Source: Escherichia coli
GTDB lineage: Bacteria > Pseudomonadota > Gammaproteobacteria > Enterobacterales > Enterobacteriaceae
DNA: 64,000 nt
Reading direction: 5' to 3' (one strand)
Assembly: GCF_003334765.1 (NCBI RefSeq)
Contig: NZ_QOWT01000007.1
Position numbers and translations under genes: made by a program. The stretch's first letter is position 1, and the number at the start of each line of letters is the position of its first letter. Of the stretch, positions 1-10,969 are shown piece after piece. The notes under the pieces are model-generated. The model had not been told where the DNA came from, did not search any database, and saw only the letters and a list, made by a program, of their open reading frames with translations.

Positions 1-273
<273 letters not shown>

Positions 274-294
274 TGGCGCTAACCATGCGAGCGT

Positions 295-392
295 GCCTGA
301 TGCGCTACGCTTATCAGGCCTACGAAAATCTTGCAATGTATTGAATTTTCATGATTTTGTAGGCCGGATAAGGCGTTCACGCCGCATCCGGC
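295..392. repeat. REP/RIP (BIME-like) intergenic element: two inverted REP units flanking an AT-rich core
   Basis: GCCTGATGCGCTACGCTTATCAGGCCTAC ... TTGAATTT ... GTAGGCCGGATAAGGCGTTCACGCCGCATCCGGC; a near-identical architecture recurs at 50402-50480. Confidence 0.55.
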
Positions 393-407
393 AAGAAGCT
401 ATAAGAA

Positions 408-438
408 AAGGGCGGAGATCATCTCCGCCCTTTTTATT
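408..438 (+). terminator. Rho-independent terminator downstream of gyrB
   Basis: GC-rich hairpin GGGCGGAGAT/ATCTCCGCCC followed by TTTTTATTT. Confidence 0.6.
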
Positions 439-512
439 TCTGCAATCCGCAATTATCATCCCGCAAATCTATACTTTTTGGGTCAACACGTAACGCTTTA
501 CAGGTGATTATC

Positions 513-911
513 ATGGGGCTTTTTGATGAAGTTGTCGGTGCCTTTCTGAAAGGCGATGCGGGGAAATATCAGGCTATTTTAAGTTGGGTTGAGGAGCAGG
601 GCGGCATTCAGGTGCTGCTGGAAAAACTGCAAAGTGGCGGCTTAGGGGCCATTCTCTCAACCTGGCTGAGTAATCAACAGGGCAATCAATCGGTTAGTGG
701 CGAGCAACTGGAATCGGCGCTCGGCACAAATGCGGTGTCCGATCTCGGGCAAAAACTTGGCGTGGATACCAGTACAGCTTCCATTTTACTGGCAGAACAA
801 TTGCCGAAGATTATTGATGCGCTCTCACCGCAAGGTGAAGTGTCACCACAAGCCAATAACGATCTGCTTTCCGCAGGCATGGAACTGCTGAAAGGGAAAC
901 TCTTCCGCTAA
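513..911 (+). CDS. yidB: DUF937 family protein YidB
   Basis: ORF 504..911; internal ATG at 513 gives 132 aa starting MGLFDEVVGAF, matching remembered YidB; the track start at 504 is GTG. Confidence 0.85.
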   Translation: MGLFDEVVGAFLKGDAGKYQAILSWVEEQGGIQVLLEKLQSGGLGAILSTWLSNQQGNQSVSGEQLESALGTNAVSDLGQKLGVDTSTASILLAEQLPKIIDALSPQGEVSPQANNDLLSAGMELLKGKLFR

Positions 912-1025
912 GCAAAAAGGGAGCACGCAACGCGCGTTGCATCCCCCTTTTCCCTCGGGTGTTGTACTGATTTTTGAGCGGAATCGCGTTAGCATGGGTC
1001 AGGAACCAATCTACCTGGGGAACTC

Positions 1026-1838
1026 ATGGCTATTAAACTCATTGCTATCGATATGGATGGCACCCTTCTGCTGCCCGATCACACCATTTCACCCGCCGTT
1101 AAAAATGCGATTGCCGCAGCTCGCGCCCGTGGCGTGAATGTCGTGCTAACGACGGGTCGCCCGTATGCAGGTGTGCACAACTACCTGAAAGAGCTGCATA
1201 TGGAACAGCCGGGCGACTACTGCATTACTTATAACGGCGCGCTGGTACAGAAGGCCGCTGATGGTAGCACCGTGGCGCAAACTGCTCTCAGCTATGACGA
1301 CTATCGTTTCCTGGAAAAACTCTCTCGCGAAGTCGGTTCTCATTTCCACGCCCTGGACCGCACCACGCTGTACACCGCCAACCGTGATATCAGCTACTAC
1401 ACGGTGCATGAATCCTTCGTTGCCACCATTCCGCTGGTGTTCTGCGAAGCGGAGAAAATGGACCCCAATACCCAGTTCCTGAAAGTGATGATGATTGATG
1501 AACCCGCCATCCTCGACCAGGCTATCGCGCGTATTCCGCAGGAAGTGAAAGAGAAATATACCGTGCTGAAAAGTGCGCCGTACTTCCTCGAAATCCTCGA
1601 TAAACGCGTTAACAAAGGTACGGGGGTGAAATCACTGGCCGACGTGTTAGGTATTAAACCGGAAGAAATCATGGCGATTGGCGATCAGGAAAACGATATC
1701 GCAATGATTGAATATGCAGGCGTCGGTGTGGCGATGGATAACGCTATTCCTTCAGTGAAAGAAGTGGCGAACTTTGTCACCAAATCTAACCTTGAAGATG
1801 GCGTGGCGTTTGCTATTGAGAAGTATGTGCTGAATTAA
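1026..1838 (+). CDS. yidA: HAD-superfamily (Cof-type) sugar phosphatase YidA
   Basis: 270-aa ORF with HAD motif I DMDGTLL near the N-terminus and a Cof-like C-terminal motif GDQENDIAM. Confidence 0.9.
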   Translation: MAIKLIAIDMDGTLLLPDHTISPAVKNAIAAARARGVNVVLTTGRPYAGVHNYLKELHMEQPGDYCITYNGALVQKAADGSTVAQTALSYDDYRFLEKLSREVGSHFHALDRTTLYTANRDISYYTVHESFVATIPLVFCEAEKMDPNTQFLKVMMIDEPAILDQAIARIPQEVKEKYTVLKSAPYFLEILDKRVNKGTGVKSLADVLGIKPEEIMAIGDQENDIAMIEYAGVGVAMDNAIPSVKEVANFVTKSNLEDGVAFAIEKYVLN

Positions 1839-1844
1839 TCTGTG

Positions 1845-1876
1845 GGCGGGCAAACAGCATAAACGCGTTTGCCCGC
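1845..1876. terminator. Bidirectional hairpin between convergent yidA and yidX
   Basis: GGGCGGGCAAAC ... GTTTGCCCGC inverted repeat in the 45-bp gap between the two stop codons. Confidence 0.5.
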
Positions 1877-1883
1877 TTACTGA

Positions 1884-2540
1884 TTATTGGTTTACTGCAT
1901 ATACAACCAGAAATTGCAGCGGTGCAGTAATGATGTCCAGCGTAACAGTCACTGGCAGTAATGCTGCGGAAACACCATCCGGAATGCCTCTGGGTGAATA
2001 GTATTCATAAAATCGCACTTTAAATGGATGGTAGAACGCCATCACCTTTGAGTAATCCATGTTTTTATTTTTCTCATGGATTGTGCCTTTTAGGTTTTCC
2101 AGTGACCTGGTACAGTGTTGAACACCACAGGCAAAACCATAATGCGTTGCCAGTGCCTTTTCTTCTTCGTTATTCCAGTAGTAGTAAAGCGATATTGTGC
2201 CGGTAAATTTCTTTTTCCCCGCATTTAAAACAAATCTTGCGTCATCGGCAACCTGAATATTGTGCCGGTTAAGTGCTGGATCATTGAGCATCTTAACGAT
2301 GTCATCGGCACCATCAGTGATAAGGTAATCCAGCGATTCCCCTACAAAAACATAGCCTTTTGTTCCATTACTATCTTTTGCCTGCGATAGCCCAGTGATG
2401 GTGTCTGACTGCGATTGATACTTTCCTGAACTACCCTTTGCGGTATGGGAAACCAGAGCATACGAGATACAGCCTGAAAGCATCAGCGCCAGTGGGAATA
2501 AACCGGCAGCCTTAAAAAATCCCTTAAAATTCAACTTCAT
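1884..2540 (-). CDS. yidX: Lipoprotein YidX
   Basis: Start moved to the internal ATG giving [24 protein letters not shown] (signal peptide plus lipobox LSGC); 218 aa. Confidence 0.75.
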
Positions 2541-2677
2541 GATTAATCCTTTAAACGAGTAGCTAAGCCGTTGAAAGCATACTCTTCTTTCCCTCCTGTT
2601 TAGCGCCTGATATCCCTTTTCAGATTTCTGCCCGACGCATGTCATTTTTTTATGCATTGTTCTTTTTGTGATCTAAA

Positions 2678-2753
2678 TTGTAGTACAACAATATAAGTTT
2701 GTACTACATTACACGCACGGCAAACGCGAACGTCATCACGCTGGTACTACAAA
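2678..2753. promoter_or_regulatory. Three GTA(G/C)TACA palindromic repeats in the dgo promoter region; candidate DgoR (GntR-family) operators
   Basis: TTGTAGTACAACA (2678-2690), TTTGTACTACATT (2698-2710) and CTGGTACTACAAA (2741-2753), 65-140 bp upstream of the dgoR start. Confidence 0.5.
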
Positions 2754-2817
2754 GTTGCCGCGTTATGCATCGATCGGGGTAAAGTAGAGAAGAACATACA
2801 GAGCACAAGGACTCTCC

Positions 2818-3507
2818 ATGACTCTCAATAAAACCGATCGCATTGTCATTACGCTGGGTAAACAGATCGTTCACGGCAAATACGTGCCAGGCTCGCCGCT
2901 TCCGGCTGAGGCGGAACTCTGTGAGGAGTTTGCAACCTCGCGCAACATCATCCGTGAGGTGTTCCGTTCGCTGATGGCGAAGCGGCTGATTGAAATGAAA
3001 CGTTATCGCGGGGCGTTTGTGGCACCGCGTAACCAGTGGAATTACCTCGACACTGACGTACTGCAATGGGTGCTGGAAAATGACTACGACCCACGGCTTA
3101 TCAGTGCCATGAGCGAAGTGCGAAATCTGGTGGAACCGGCGATTGCCCGTTGGGCAGCAGAGCGCGCGACTTCCAGCGATCTGGCGCAGATTGAATCGGC
3201 GCTGAACGAGATGATTGCCAACAATCAGGACCGCGAAGCGTTTAACGAAGCGGATATTCGCTACCACGAGGCGGTGCTGCAGTCGGTGCATAACCCGGTG
3301 TTACAGCAACTTAGCATTGCGATCAGTTCGCTGCAGCGGGCGGTTTTTGAACGAACCTGGATGGGCGATGAGGCCAACATGCCGCAAACGCTCCAGGAAC
3401 ATAAGGCGCTGTTCGATGCGATACGACATCAGGACGGCGATGCGGCAGAGCAGGCGGCGCTTACCATGATCGCCAGCTCGACACGAAGGTTAAAGGAAAT
3501 CACATGA
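2818..3507 (+). CDS. dgoR: GntR/FadR-family transcriptional repressor of the D-galactonate operon
   Basis: 229-aa ORF with an N-terminal winged-HTH and FadR-like C-domain; first gene of the dgoRKADT cluster. Confidence 0.9.
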   Translation: MTLNKTDRIVITLGKQIVHGKYVPGSPLPAEAELCEEFATSRNIIREVFRSLMAKRLIEMKRYRGAFVAPRNQWNYLDTDVLQWVLENDYDPRLISAMSEVRNLVEPAIARWAAERATSSDLAQIESALNEMIANNQDREAFNEADIRYHEAVLQSVHNPVLQQLSIAISSLQRAVFERTWMGDEANMPQTLQEHKALFDAIRHQDGDAAEQAALTMIASSTRRLKEIT

Positions 3508-4382
3508 CAGCTCGCTACATCGCAATTGACTGGGGATCGACCAATCTGCGCGCCTGGCTTTATCAGGGCGACCACTGCCTGGAGAGCAGGCAATCAGAAG
3601 CAGGCGTCACGCGCCTGAACGGAAAATCTCCGGCTGCGGTGTTAGCAGAAGTCACGACCGACTGGCGTGAAGAGAAAACGCCAGTGGTAATGGCAGGAAT
3701 GGTTGGCAGCAACGTCGGCTGGAAAGTTGCACCGTATTTATCTGTTCCTGCCTGTTTTTCGTCTATTGGCGAACAATTAACGTCAGTTGGCGACAATATC
3801 TGGATTATTCCCGGATTATGTGTCTCTCATGACGATAACCACAATGTGATGCGCGGCGAAGAAACACAATTGATCGGCGCGCGAGCTCTGGCTCCTTCCT
3901 CTCTTTATGTCATGCCCGGAACCCATTGCAAATGGGTGCAGGCCGATAGCCAGCAAATCAACGATTTTCGCACCGTGATGACCGGTGAATTACATCATTT
4001 ACTGTTAAATCACTCATTGATTGGCGCAGGTTTGCCGCCGCAGGAAAACTCTGCCGATGCCTTCACAGCTGGCCTTGAGCGTGGTCTTAATACGCCCGCC
4101 ATATTGCCGCAGCTTTTTGAAGTTCGCGCCTCGCATGTGCTGGGAACACTTCCCCGCGAACAGGTCAGCGAATTTCTCTCTGGTTTGTTGATTGGCGCAG
4201 AGGTCGCCAGTATGCGCGACTATGTGGCCCATCAACACGCCATCACCCTTGTCGCCGGAACATCGCTGACCGCGCGCTACCAGCAAGCCTTTCAGGCGAT
4301 GGGTTGCGACGTGACGGCGGTGGCGGGCGACACGGCATTTCAGGCTGGTATAAGGAGCATCGCTCATGCAGTGGCAAACTAA
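3504..4382 (+). CDS. dgoK: 2-dehydro-3-deoxygalactonokinase
   Basis: 292-aa ORF; start overlaps the dgoR stop (ATGA); position and sequence match DgoK. Confidence 0.9.
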   Translation: MTARYIAIDWGSTNLRAWLYQGDHCLESRQSEAGVTRLNGKSPAAVLAEVTTDWREEKTPVVMAGMVGSNVGWKVAPYLSVPACFSSIGEQLTSVGDNIWIIPGLCVSHDDNHNVMRGEETQLIGARALAPSSLYVMPGTHCKWVQADSQQINDFRTVMTGELHHLLLNHSLIGAGLPPQENSADAFTAGLERGLNTPAILPQLFEVRASHVLGTLPREQVSEFLSGLLIGAEVASMRDYVAHQHAITLVAGTSLTARYQQAFQAMGCDVTAVAGDTAFQAGIRSIAHAVAN

Positions 4383-4983
4383 ACTCCCGCTGATCGCCAT
4401 TTTGCGCGGTATTACGCCCGACGAGGCGCTGGCGCATGTTGGCGCGGTGATTGACGCCGGGTTCGACGCGGTTGAAATCCCGCTGAATTCCCCACAATGG
4501 GAGCAAAGCATTCCCGCCATCGTTGATGCGTACGGCGACAAGGCGTTGATTGGCGCAGGTACGGTACTGAAACCTGAACAGGTCGATGCGCTCGCCAGGA
4601 TGAGCTGTCAGCTCATCGTTACGCCCAATATCCATAGTGAAGTGATCCGCCGTGCGGTGGGCTACGGCATGACCGTCTGCCCCGGCTGCGCGACGGCGAC
4701 CGAAGCCTTTACCGCGCTCGAAGCGGGCGCGCAGGCGCTGAAAATATTTCCGTCATCGGCTTTTGGTCCGCAATACATCAAAGCGTTAAAAGCGGTATTG
4801 CCATCGGACATCGCAGTCTTTGCCGTTGGCGGCGTGACGCCAGAAAACCTGGCGCAGTGGATAGACGCAGGTTGTGCAGGGGCGGGCTTAGGCAGCGATC
4901 TCTATCGCGCCGGGCAATCCGTAGAGCGCACCGCGCAGCAGGCAGCAGCATTTGTTAAGGCGTATCGAGAGGCAGTGCAATGA
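4366..4983 (+). CDS. dgoA: 2-dehydro-3-deoxy-6-phosphogalactonate aldolase
   Basis: 205-aa ORF of the KDPG-aldolase family; overlaps the dgoK 3' end by 17 nt. Confidence 0.9.
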
Positions 4984-6128
4984 AAATCACCAAAATTACC
5001 ACGTATCGTTTACCTCCCCGCTGGATGTTCCTGAAAATTGAAACCGATGAAGGCGTGGTCGGTTGGGGCGAGCCCGTGATCGAAGGCCGCGCCCGTACGG
5101 TGGAAGCGGCAGTTCACGAGCTGGGTGACTATTTGATTGGTCAGGATCCATCGCGCATCAATGACTTATGGCAAGTGATGTATCGCGCCGGATTCTATCG
5201 CGGCGGTCCGATCCTGATGAGCGCCATCGCCGGGATTGACCAGGCGTTATGGGATATCAAAGGTAAAGTGCTGAATGCGCCGGTCTGGCAACTGATGGGC
5301 GGCCTGGTTCGCGACAAAATTAAAGCCTACAGTTGGGTTGGCGGCGATCGTCCGGCGGATGTTATCGACGGCATTAAAACGCTACGCGAAATCGGCTTCG
5401 ATACCTTCAAACTGAACGGTTGTGAAGAACTGGGGCTAATTGATAACTCCCGCGCGGTAGATGCGGCGGTTAACACCGTGGCACAAATTCGTGAAGCTTT
5501 TGGCAATCAGATTGAGTTTGGTCTTGATTTCCACGGTCGCGTCAGCGCGCCGATGGCGAAAGTGCTGATTAAAGAACTGGAGCCGTATCGCCCGCTGTTT
5601 ATTGAGGAGCCGGTGCTGGCGGAACAAGCCGAATACTACCCGAAACTGGCGGCACAAACGCATATTCCACTGGCGGCGGGTGAACGCATGTTCTCACGCT
5701 TCGATTTTAAACGCGTGCTGGAGGCAGGTGGTATTTCGATTCTGCAACCGGATCTCTCCCACGCGGGCGGTATTACCGAATGCTACAAAATCGCCGGAAT
5801 GGCAGAAGCCTATGACGTGACCCTTGCGCCGCACTGTCCGCTCGGACCGATTGCACTGGCGGCTTGCCTGCATATCGACTTTGTTTCCTATAACGCCGTA
5901 CTTCAGGAACAAAGTATGGGAATTCATTACAACAAAGGCGCGGAGTTACTCGACTTTGTGAAAAACAAAGAAGACTTCAGCATGGTCGGCGGCTTCTTTA
6001 AACCGTTAACGAAACCGGGCTTAGGCGTGGAAATCGACGAAGCTAAAGTGATTGAGTTCAGTAAAAATGCCCCGGACTGGCGTAATCCGCTCTGGCGTCA
6101 TGAAGATAACAGCGTAGCAGAGTGGTAA
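4980..6128 (+). CDS. dgoD: D-galactonate dehydratase (enolase superfamily)
   Basis: 382-aa ORF starting [31 protein letters not shown]; ATGA overlap with dgoA. Confidence 0.9.
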
Positions 6129-6247
6129 TTCCTGCCACGTAAGCCCCTCATCGGGCACTAAAACAGCAATACAAAAATATAACCCTCTGTAAATTACAGG
6201 GCATGGTGAGCGGCTTCGCTATGCCCAAAATCTGGAGAAAGCTCGCT

Positions 6248-7540
6248 ATGGATATTCCCGTTAATGCAGCAAAGCCGGGGCGTCGGCGTTATCTGACGCT
6301 GGTGATGATCTTTATTACGGTAGTCATTTGTTATGTCGACCGCGCCAACCTGGCCGTGGCTTCCGCCCATATTCAGGAAGAGTTCGGCATTACCAAAGCG
6401 GAAATGGGCTATGTATTTTCGGCCTTCGCCTGGCTTTATACGCTATGTCAGATCCCCGGCGGTTGGTTTTTAGATCGCGTAGGTTCTCGCGTGACTTATT
6501 TTATTGCGATATTTGGCTGGTCAGTGGCGACTTTATTCCAGGGCTTTGCCACGGGCTTAATGTCATTAATTGGTCTGCGCGCGATAACCGGTATTTTCGA
6601 AGCGCCTGCTTTCCCGACCAATAACCGGATGGTGACCAGCTGGTTCCCGGAACATGAACGCGCTTCTGCCGTTGGTTTTTATACGTCTGGTCAGTTTGTC
6701 GGTCTGGCGTTTCTGACGCCGCTGCTGATCTGGATTCAGGAGATGTTGAGCTGGCACTGGGTGTTCATTGTCACTGGTGGTATCGGCATTATCTGGTCGC
6801 TGATTTGGTTTAAGGTTTATCAGCCGCCGCGCCTGACCAAAGGTATCAGCAAAGCTGAACTGGATTACATTCGTGATGGCGGCGGTCTGGTGGATGGTGA
6901 TGCGCCGGTGAAGAAAGAGGCGCGTCAGCCGTTAACAGCCAAAGACTGGAAACTGGTGTTCCATCGTAAACTGATCGGCGTTTATCTTGGGCAATTTGCG
7001 GTGGCTTCTACACTGTGGTTTTTCTTAACCTGGTTCCCGAACTATTTAACCCAGGAAAAAGGAATCACGGCGCTGAAAGCAGGCTTTATGACCACGGTGC
7101 CATTCCTCGCGGCGTTTGTCGGCGTCCTGCTCTCTGGCTGGGTAGCGGATCTGCTGGTACGTAAGGGCTTTTCACTGGGCTTTGCGCGTAAAACGCCGAT
7201 TATCTGCGGCTTGCTGATCTCCACCTGCATTATGGGCGCTAACTACACTAACGATCCGATGATGATTATGTGCCTGATGGCGCTGGCATTCTTCGGTAAC
7301 GGTTTTGCTTCGATTACCTGGTCGCTGGTTTCTTCTCTGGCACCGATGCGCCTGATTGGTTTAACCGGCGGCGTGTTTAACTTCGCCGGTGGTCTGGGCG
7401 GCATCACCGTTCCGCTGGTGGTGGGGTACCTGGCGCAGGGTTACGGTTTCGCACCTGCACTGGTTTATATCTCCGCCGTCGCGTTGATTGGCGCGCTCTC
7501 TTATATCCTGCTGGTGGGCGATGTGAAGCGCGTTGGCTAA
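6248..7540 (+). CDS. dgoT: D-galactonate:H+ symporter (MFS)
   Basis: ORF 6203..7540; ATG at 6248 gives 430 aa ([15 protein letters not shown]...), matching remembered DgoT length. Confidence 0.85.
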
Positions 7541-8601
7541 TCCTTCAACTGTGGAATATGTGCCACACCACTGCGCATAATCCACTTTCTTAAAGCCGGT
7601 GCGGTCAGGCATCGGCTTTTTACTATCTTGCCGAAGAGTTTTAAACGCAGTTTGCGGGTGGCGCGCCAGTAAGCGGTATTGAGCTTCTCTGGCTGCTTCA
7701 GTAACACCGAACGCAGAATGTCTGTGCTATCCAGCGCATAGCTAATCCCCTCCAGCGAGCTGGCGCTGATAAATCCCGCCGCTTCACCAATCAGAAAGGC
7801 GTTGTCCTTACCGCAGACAAAATCCTGCCAGCGCGAGGGAAACAGCACCGTGCATTTTTCGCTTTTCACCGTCTTACCAAACTGGAACTGAAAGGCGCTC
7901 ATTTTCTCTTTCAGCGTCGTGAAACGCGTCTGACCGTCTTTCATTGGATAGGCACCGCCAAAGATAAAATAACCGTCTTTGCTGATACTCCATGAATAAC
8001 AGTTAGTTATCGAATTATCAAAGATGCAGGAGTAGAACGGCACCGGATGTTTCTCCGCGAACCACTGCTGGATAGCGACATATTTACGGATTTGATGATC
8101 CGGGTAGAGATGTCGCCGCACCATCGAGTTTGCGCCATCGGCACCGACCAGATAGCGGGCGGTAATATGTTGCTCCCAGCCGTCTGCACGAAAAATGACA
8201 TGCCATTTATCATCCTCACGCCAGATTTTTCGGCACAGGCTGTCGTGATAAACCTCAACGCTGGCGGGGATCAGCGATTTCATCCACAAGTCGAAAGCAT
8301 GGCGATTAATATTGATATAGCTTCGCTGGTAGTTACGCGTGAGCGATGCGGCGACGTCGACGGTTTTGACGCTGAAAATCTGCGGATTAGCGATCACATC
8401 GACAGGAAGCGTCAGCCCATCGCGAATAAAAGATCGCTGCGCGTCCGGTGCCAGCAGACCGCCGCAGGGTTTGCTGAAACCTTCAGTACCACACTGGTGC
8501 TTTTTATCCAGCGCGATCACCTGCATTTTGCCTGCTAACTTTCGTGCCAACGCCGATCCTGCCGGGCCGAGGCCAATAATCGCCACGTCGAAATGTTCCA
8601 T
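7537..8601 (-). CDS. cbrA: FAD-dependent oxidoreductase CbrA (colicin E2 tolerance protein, formerly YidS)
   Basis: Start [22 protein letters not shown] (Rossmann GxGxxG), 354 aa; the upstream in-frame GTG/ATG are probably not used. Confidence 0.8.
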
Positions 8602-8668
8602 CTTTTCACTCACATTCATCACGATGGCAAAAGACTATTGTCTGAAAGTGAAGTCCTTGTGAAGTATG

Positions 8669-9916
8669 ATGGCGGGACCCGTTTTGTATCAGGACCGCGC
8701 CATGAAACAGATAACCTTTGCTCCCCGTAATCACCTGCTCACCAATACCAATACCTGGACGCCCGACAGCCAGTGGCTGGTATTTGACGTGCGTCCTTCT
8801 GGCGCGTCGTTTACCGGCGAGACCATTGAGCGTGTGAATATCCATACCGGCGAGGTCGAGGTTATCTATCGCGCGTCACAGGGCGCACACGTCGGCGTGG
8901 TGACCGTTCATCCGAAGTCAGAGAAATATGTTTTCATCCACGGCCCGGAAAATCCTGATGAAACATGGCATTACGACTTCCATCATCGGCGCGGAGTGAT
9001 TGTTGAAGGCGGCAAGATGAGTAACCTTGATGCGATGGATATTACCGCGCCGTATACGCCAGGAGTGCTGCGCGGCGGCAGCCATGTGCATGTCTTTAGC
9101 CCGAACGGTGAAAGGGTGAGCTTTACCTATAACGATCATGTAATGCATGAACTCGATCCGGCGCTGGATTTGCGAAACGTCGGTGTTGCTGCGCCGTTTG
9201 GCCCGGTCAACGTACAAAAGCAGCATCCGCGTGAATACAGCGGTAGCCACTGGTGCGTGCTGGTGAGCAAAACCACGCCCACGCCACAGCCTGGCAGTGA
9301 TGAAATCAATCGTGCTTATGAAGAAGGATGGGTAGGAAATCACGCGCTGGCATTTATTGGCGACACACTTTCGCCAAAGGGCGAGAAAGTGCCGGAGCTG
9401 TTTATCGTTGAGTTACCGCAAGATGAAGCTGGCTGGAAAGCGGCAGGTGATGCGCCGTTAAGCGGAACGGAAACAACCCTGCCCGCGCCACCGCGTGGCG
9501 TCGTGCAGCGACGTTTAACCTTTACCCACCATCGGGCTTATCCGGGGTTAGTCAACGTCCCGCGCCACTGGGTGCGCTGTAATCCGCAGGGTACACAAAT
9601 CGCGTTTTTAATGCGAGATGATAACGGCATTGTGCAACTGTGGCTTATCTCGCCACAGGGCGGCGAGCCGCGCCAGTTAACCCATAACAAAACGGATATT
9701 CAGTCTGCATTTAACTGGCATCCGTCAGGAGAATGGTTGGGCTTTGTGCTGGATAATCGAATTGCTTGTGCCCATGCGCAAAGCGGCGAGGTTGAGTATT
9801 TAACCGAACACCACGCCAATTCACCTTCTGCGGACGCCGTGGTCTTCTCGCCGGATGGTCAGTGGCTGGCGTGGATGGAAGGCGGCCAGCTGTGGATCAC
9901 CGAAACTGATCGCTAA
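8669..9916 (+). CDS. yidR: Uncharacterized protein YidR (DUF3748, beta-propeller-like)
   Basis: 415 aa from the second ATG; sequence recognised as YidR. Confidence 0.75.
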   Translation: MAGPVLYQDRAMKQITFAPRNHLLTNTNTWTPDSQWLVFDVRPSGASFTGETIERVNIHTGEVEVIYRASQGAHVGVVTVHPKSEKYVFIHGPENPDETWHYDFHHRRGVIVEGGKMSNLDAMDITAPYTPGVLRGGSHVHVFSPNGERVSFTYNDHVMHELDPALDLRNVGVAAPFGPVNVQKQHPREYSGSHWCVLVSKTTPTPQPGSDEINRAYEEGWVGNHALAFIGDTLSPKGEKVPELFIVELPQDEAGWKAAGDAPLSGTETTLPAPPRGVVQRRLTFTHHRAYPGLVNVPRHWVRCNPQGTQIAFLMRDDNGIVQLWLISPQGGEPRQLTHNKTDIQSAFNWHPSGEWLGFVLDNRIACAHAQSGEVEYLTEHHANSPSADAVVFSPDGQWLAWMEGGQLWITETDR

Positions 9917-9917
9917 A

Positions 9918-10250
9918 TCAGTTATCAGGCATTCTGGCCGGTGGAATAACCGCATTGGTGGCTTGCGCGTTGGCTTCGCTTTTTTCAACGCGCGAGCGCA
10001 CCGAGCTGTCTTTGCGGAACACATCCCACGGCAGTAAAAGCGTGTCCATCACAGCGGTAAACGGCATATCGAGAATCGCCAGCGACTTAGTGCCCCAGTT
10101 GGTTTCATCGTCGCCAATCATGGTTGCGCTGGCGCGGGTGCCGGGATACGTTCCTTCTTTCCCTCCGGTATGGGACATCACGCTGGAGCATCCTCCGAGT
10201 AATGTCATTCCGCTGCATATCATGAACGCTAACAACACATTTCTTATCAT
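9918..10250 (-). CDS. yidQ: Putative lipoprotein YidQ (DUF1375)
   Basis: Start MIRNVLLAFMICSGMTLLGGCSS (signal peptide plus lipobox), 110 aa; the track ORF is extended upstream. Confidence 0.7.
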   Translation of the reverse strand: MIRNVLLAFMICSGMTLLGGCSSVMSHTGGKEGTYPGTRASATMIGDDETNWGTKSLAILDMPFTAVMDTLLLPWDVFRKDSSVRSRVEKSEANAQATNAVIPPARMPDN

Positions 10251-10423
10251 AATAAATTCATCTGTTGATCGTGGGTGTTGGCCTGATGAGTTATAGCGAT
10301 CCCTTGCTGAAAATAACATCATCATTACGTCGCACTGTGGCGGCTATCGCACTTTAACGTTTCGTGCTGCCCCCTCAGTCTATGCAATAGACCATAAACT
10401 GCAAAAAAAAGTCCGCTGATAAG

Positions 10424-10453
10424 GCTTGAAAAGTTCATTTCCAGACCCATTTT
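10424..10453 (+). promoter_or_regulatory. Sigma-32 heat-shock promoter of ibpAB
   Basis: CTTGAAA (10424-10430) and CCCATTTT (10446-10453) match the sigma-32 consensus CTTGAAA / CCCCATNT. Confidence 0.5.
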
Positions 10454-10459
10454 TACATC

Positions 10460-10555
10460 GTAGCCGATGAGGACGCGCCTGATGGGTGTTCTGGCTACCT
10501 GACCTGTCCATTGTGGAAGGTCTTACATTCTCGCTGATTTCAGGAGCTATTGATT
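10460..10555 (+). promoter_or_regulatory. ibpA 5' UTR (ROSE-like RNA thermometer region)
   Basis: About 95-nt leader between the sigma-32 promoter and the ibpA ATG, ending in SD AGGAGC; ibpA is a described RNA-thermometer-controlled gene. Confidence 0.45.
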
Positions 10556-10969
10556 ATGCGTAACTTTGATTTATCCCCGCTTTACCGTTCTGCTATTGGA
10601 TTTGACCGTTTGTTTAACCACTTAGAAAACAACCAGAGCCAGAGTAATGGCGGCTACCCTCCGTATAACGTTGAACTGGTAGACGAAAACCATTACCGCA
10701 TTGCTATCGCTGTGGCTGGTTTTGCTGAGAGCGAACTGGAAATTACCGCCCAGGATAATCTGCTGGTGGTGAAAGGTGCTCACGCCGACGAACAAAAAGA
10801 GCGCACCTATCTGTACCAGGGCATCGCTGAACGCAACTTTGAACGCAAATTCCAGTTAGCTGAGAACATTCATGTTCGTGGTGCTAACCTGGTAAATGGT
10901 TTGCTGTATATCGATCTCGAACGCGTGATTCCGGAAGCGAAAAAACCGCGCCGTATCGAAATCAACTAA
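10556..10969 (+). CDS. ibpA: Small heat shock protein IbpA
   Basis: 137 aa starting [24 protein letters not shown]; alpha-crystallin domain; the track start at 10550 is TTG. Confidence 0.95.

Noticed and set aside
293-493. 66-aa ORF in the gyrB-yidB intergenic region
   Set aside because: Lies entirely within a REP/RIP element and the gyrB terminator.
2704-3291. 195-aa minus-strand ORF
   Set aside because: Antisense to the well-supported dgoR coding sequence and extending into the dgo promoter; no independent support.
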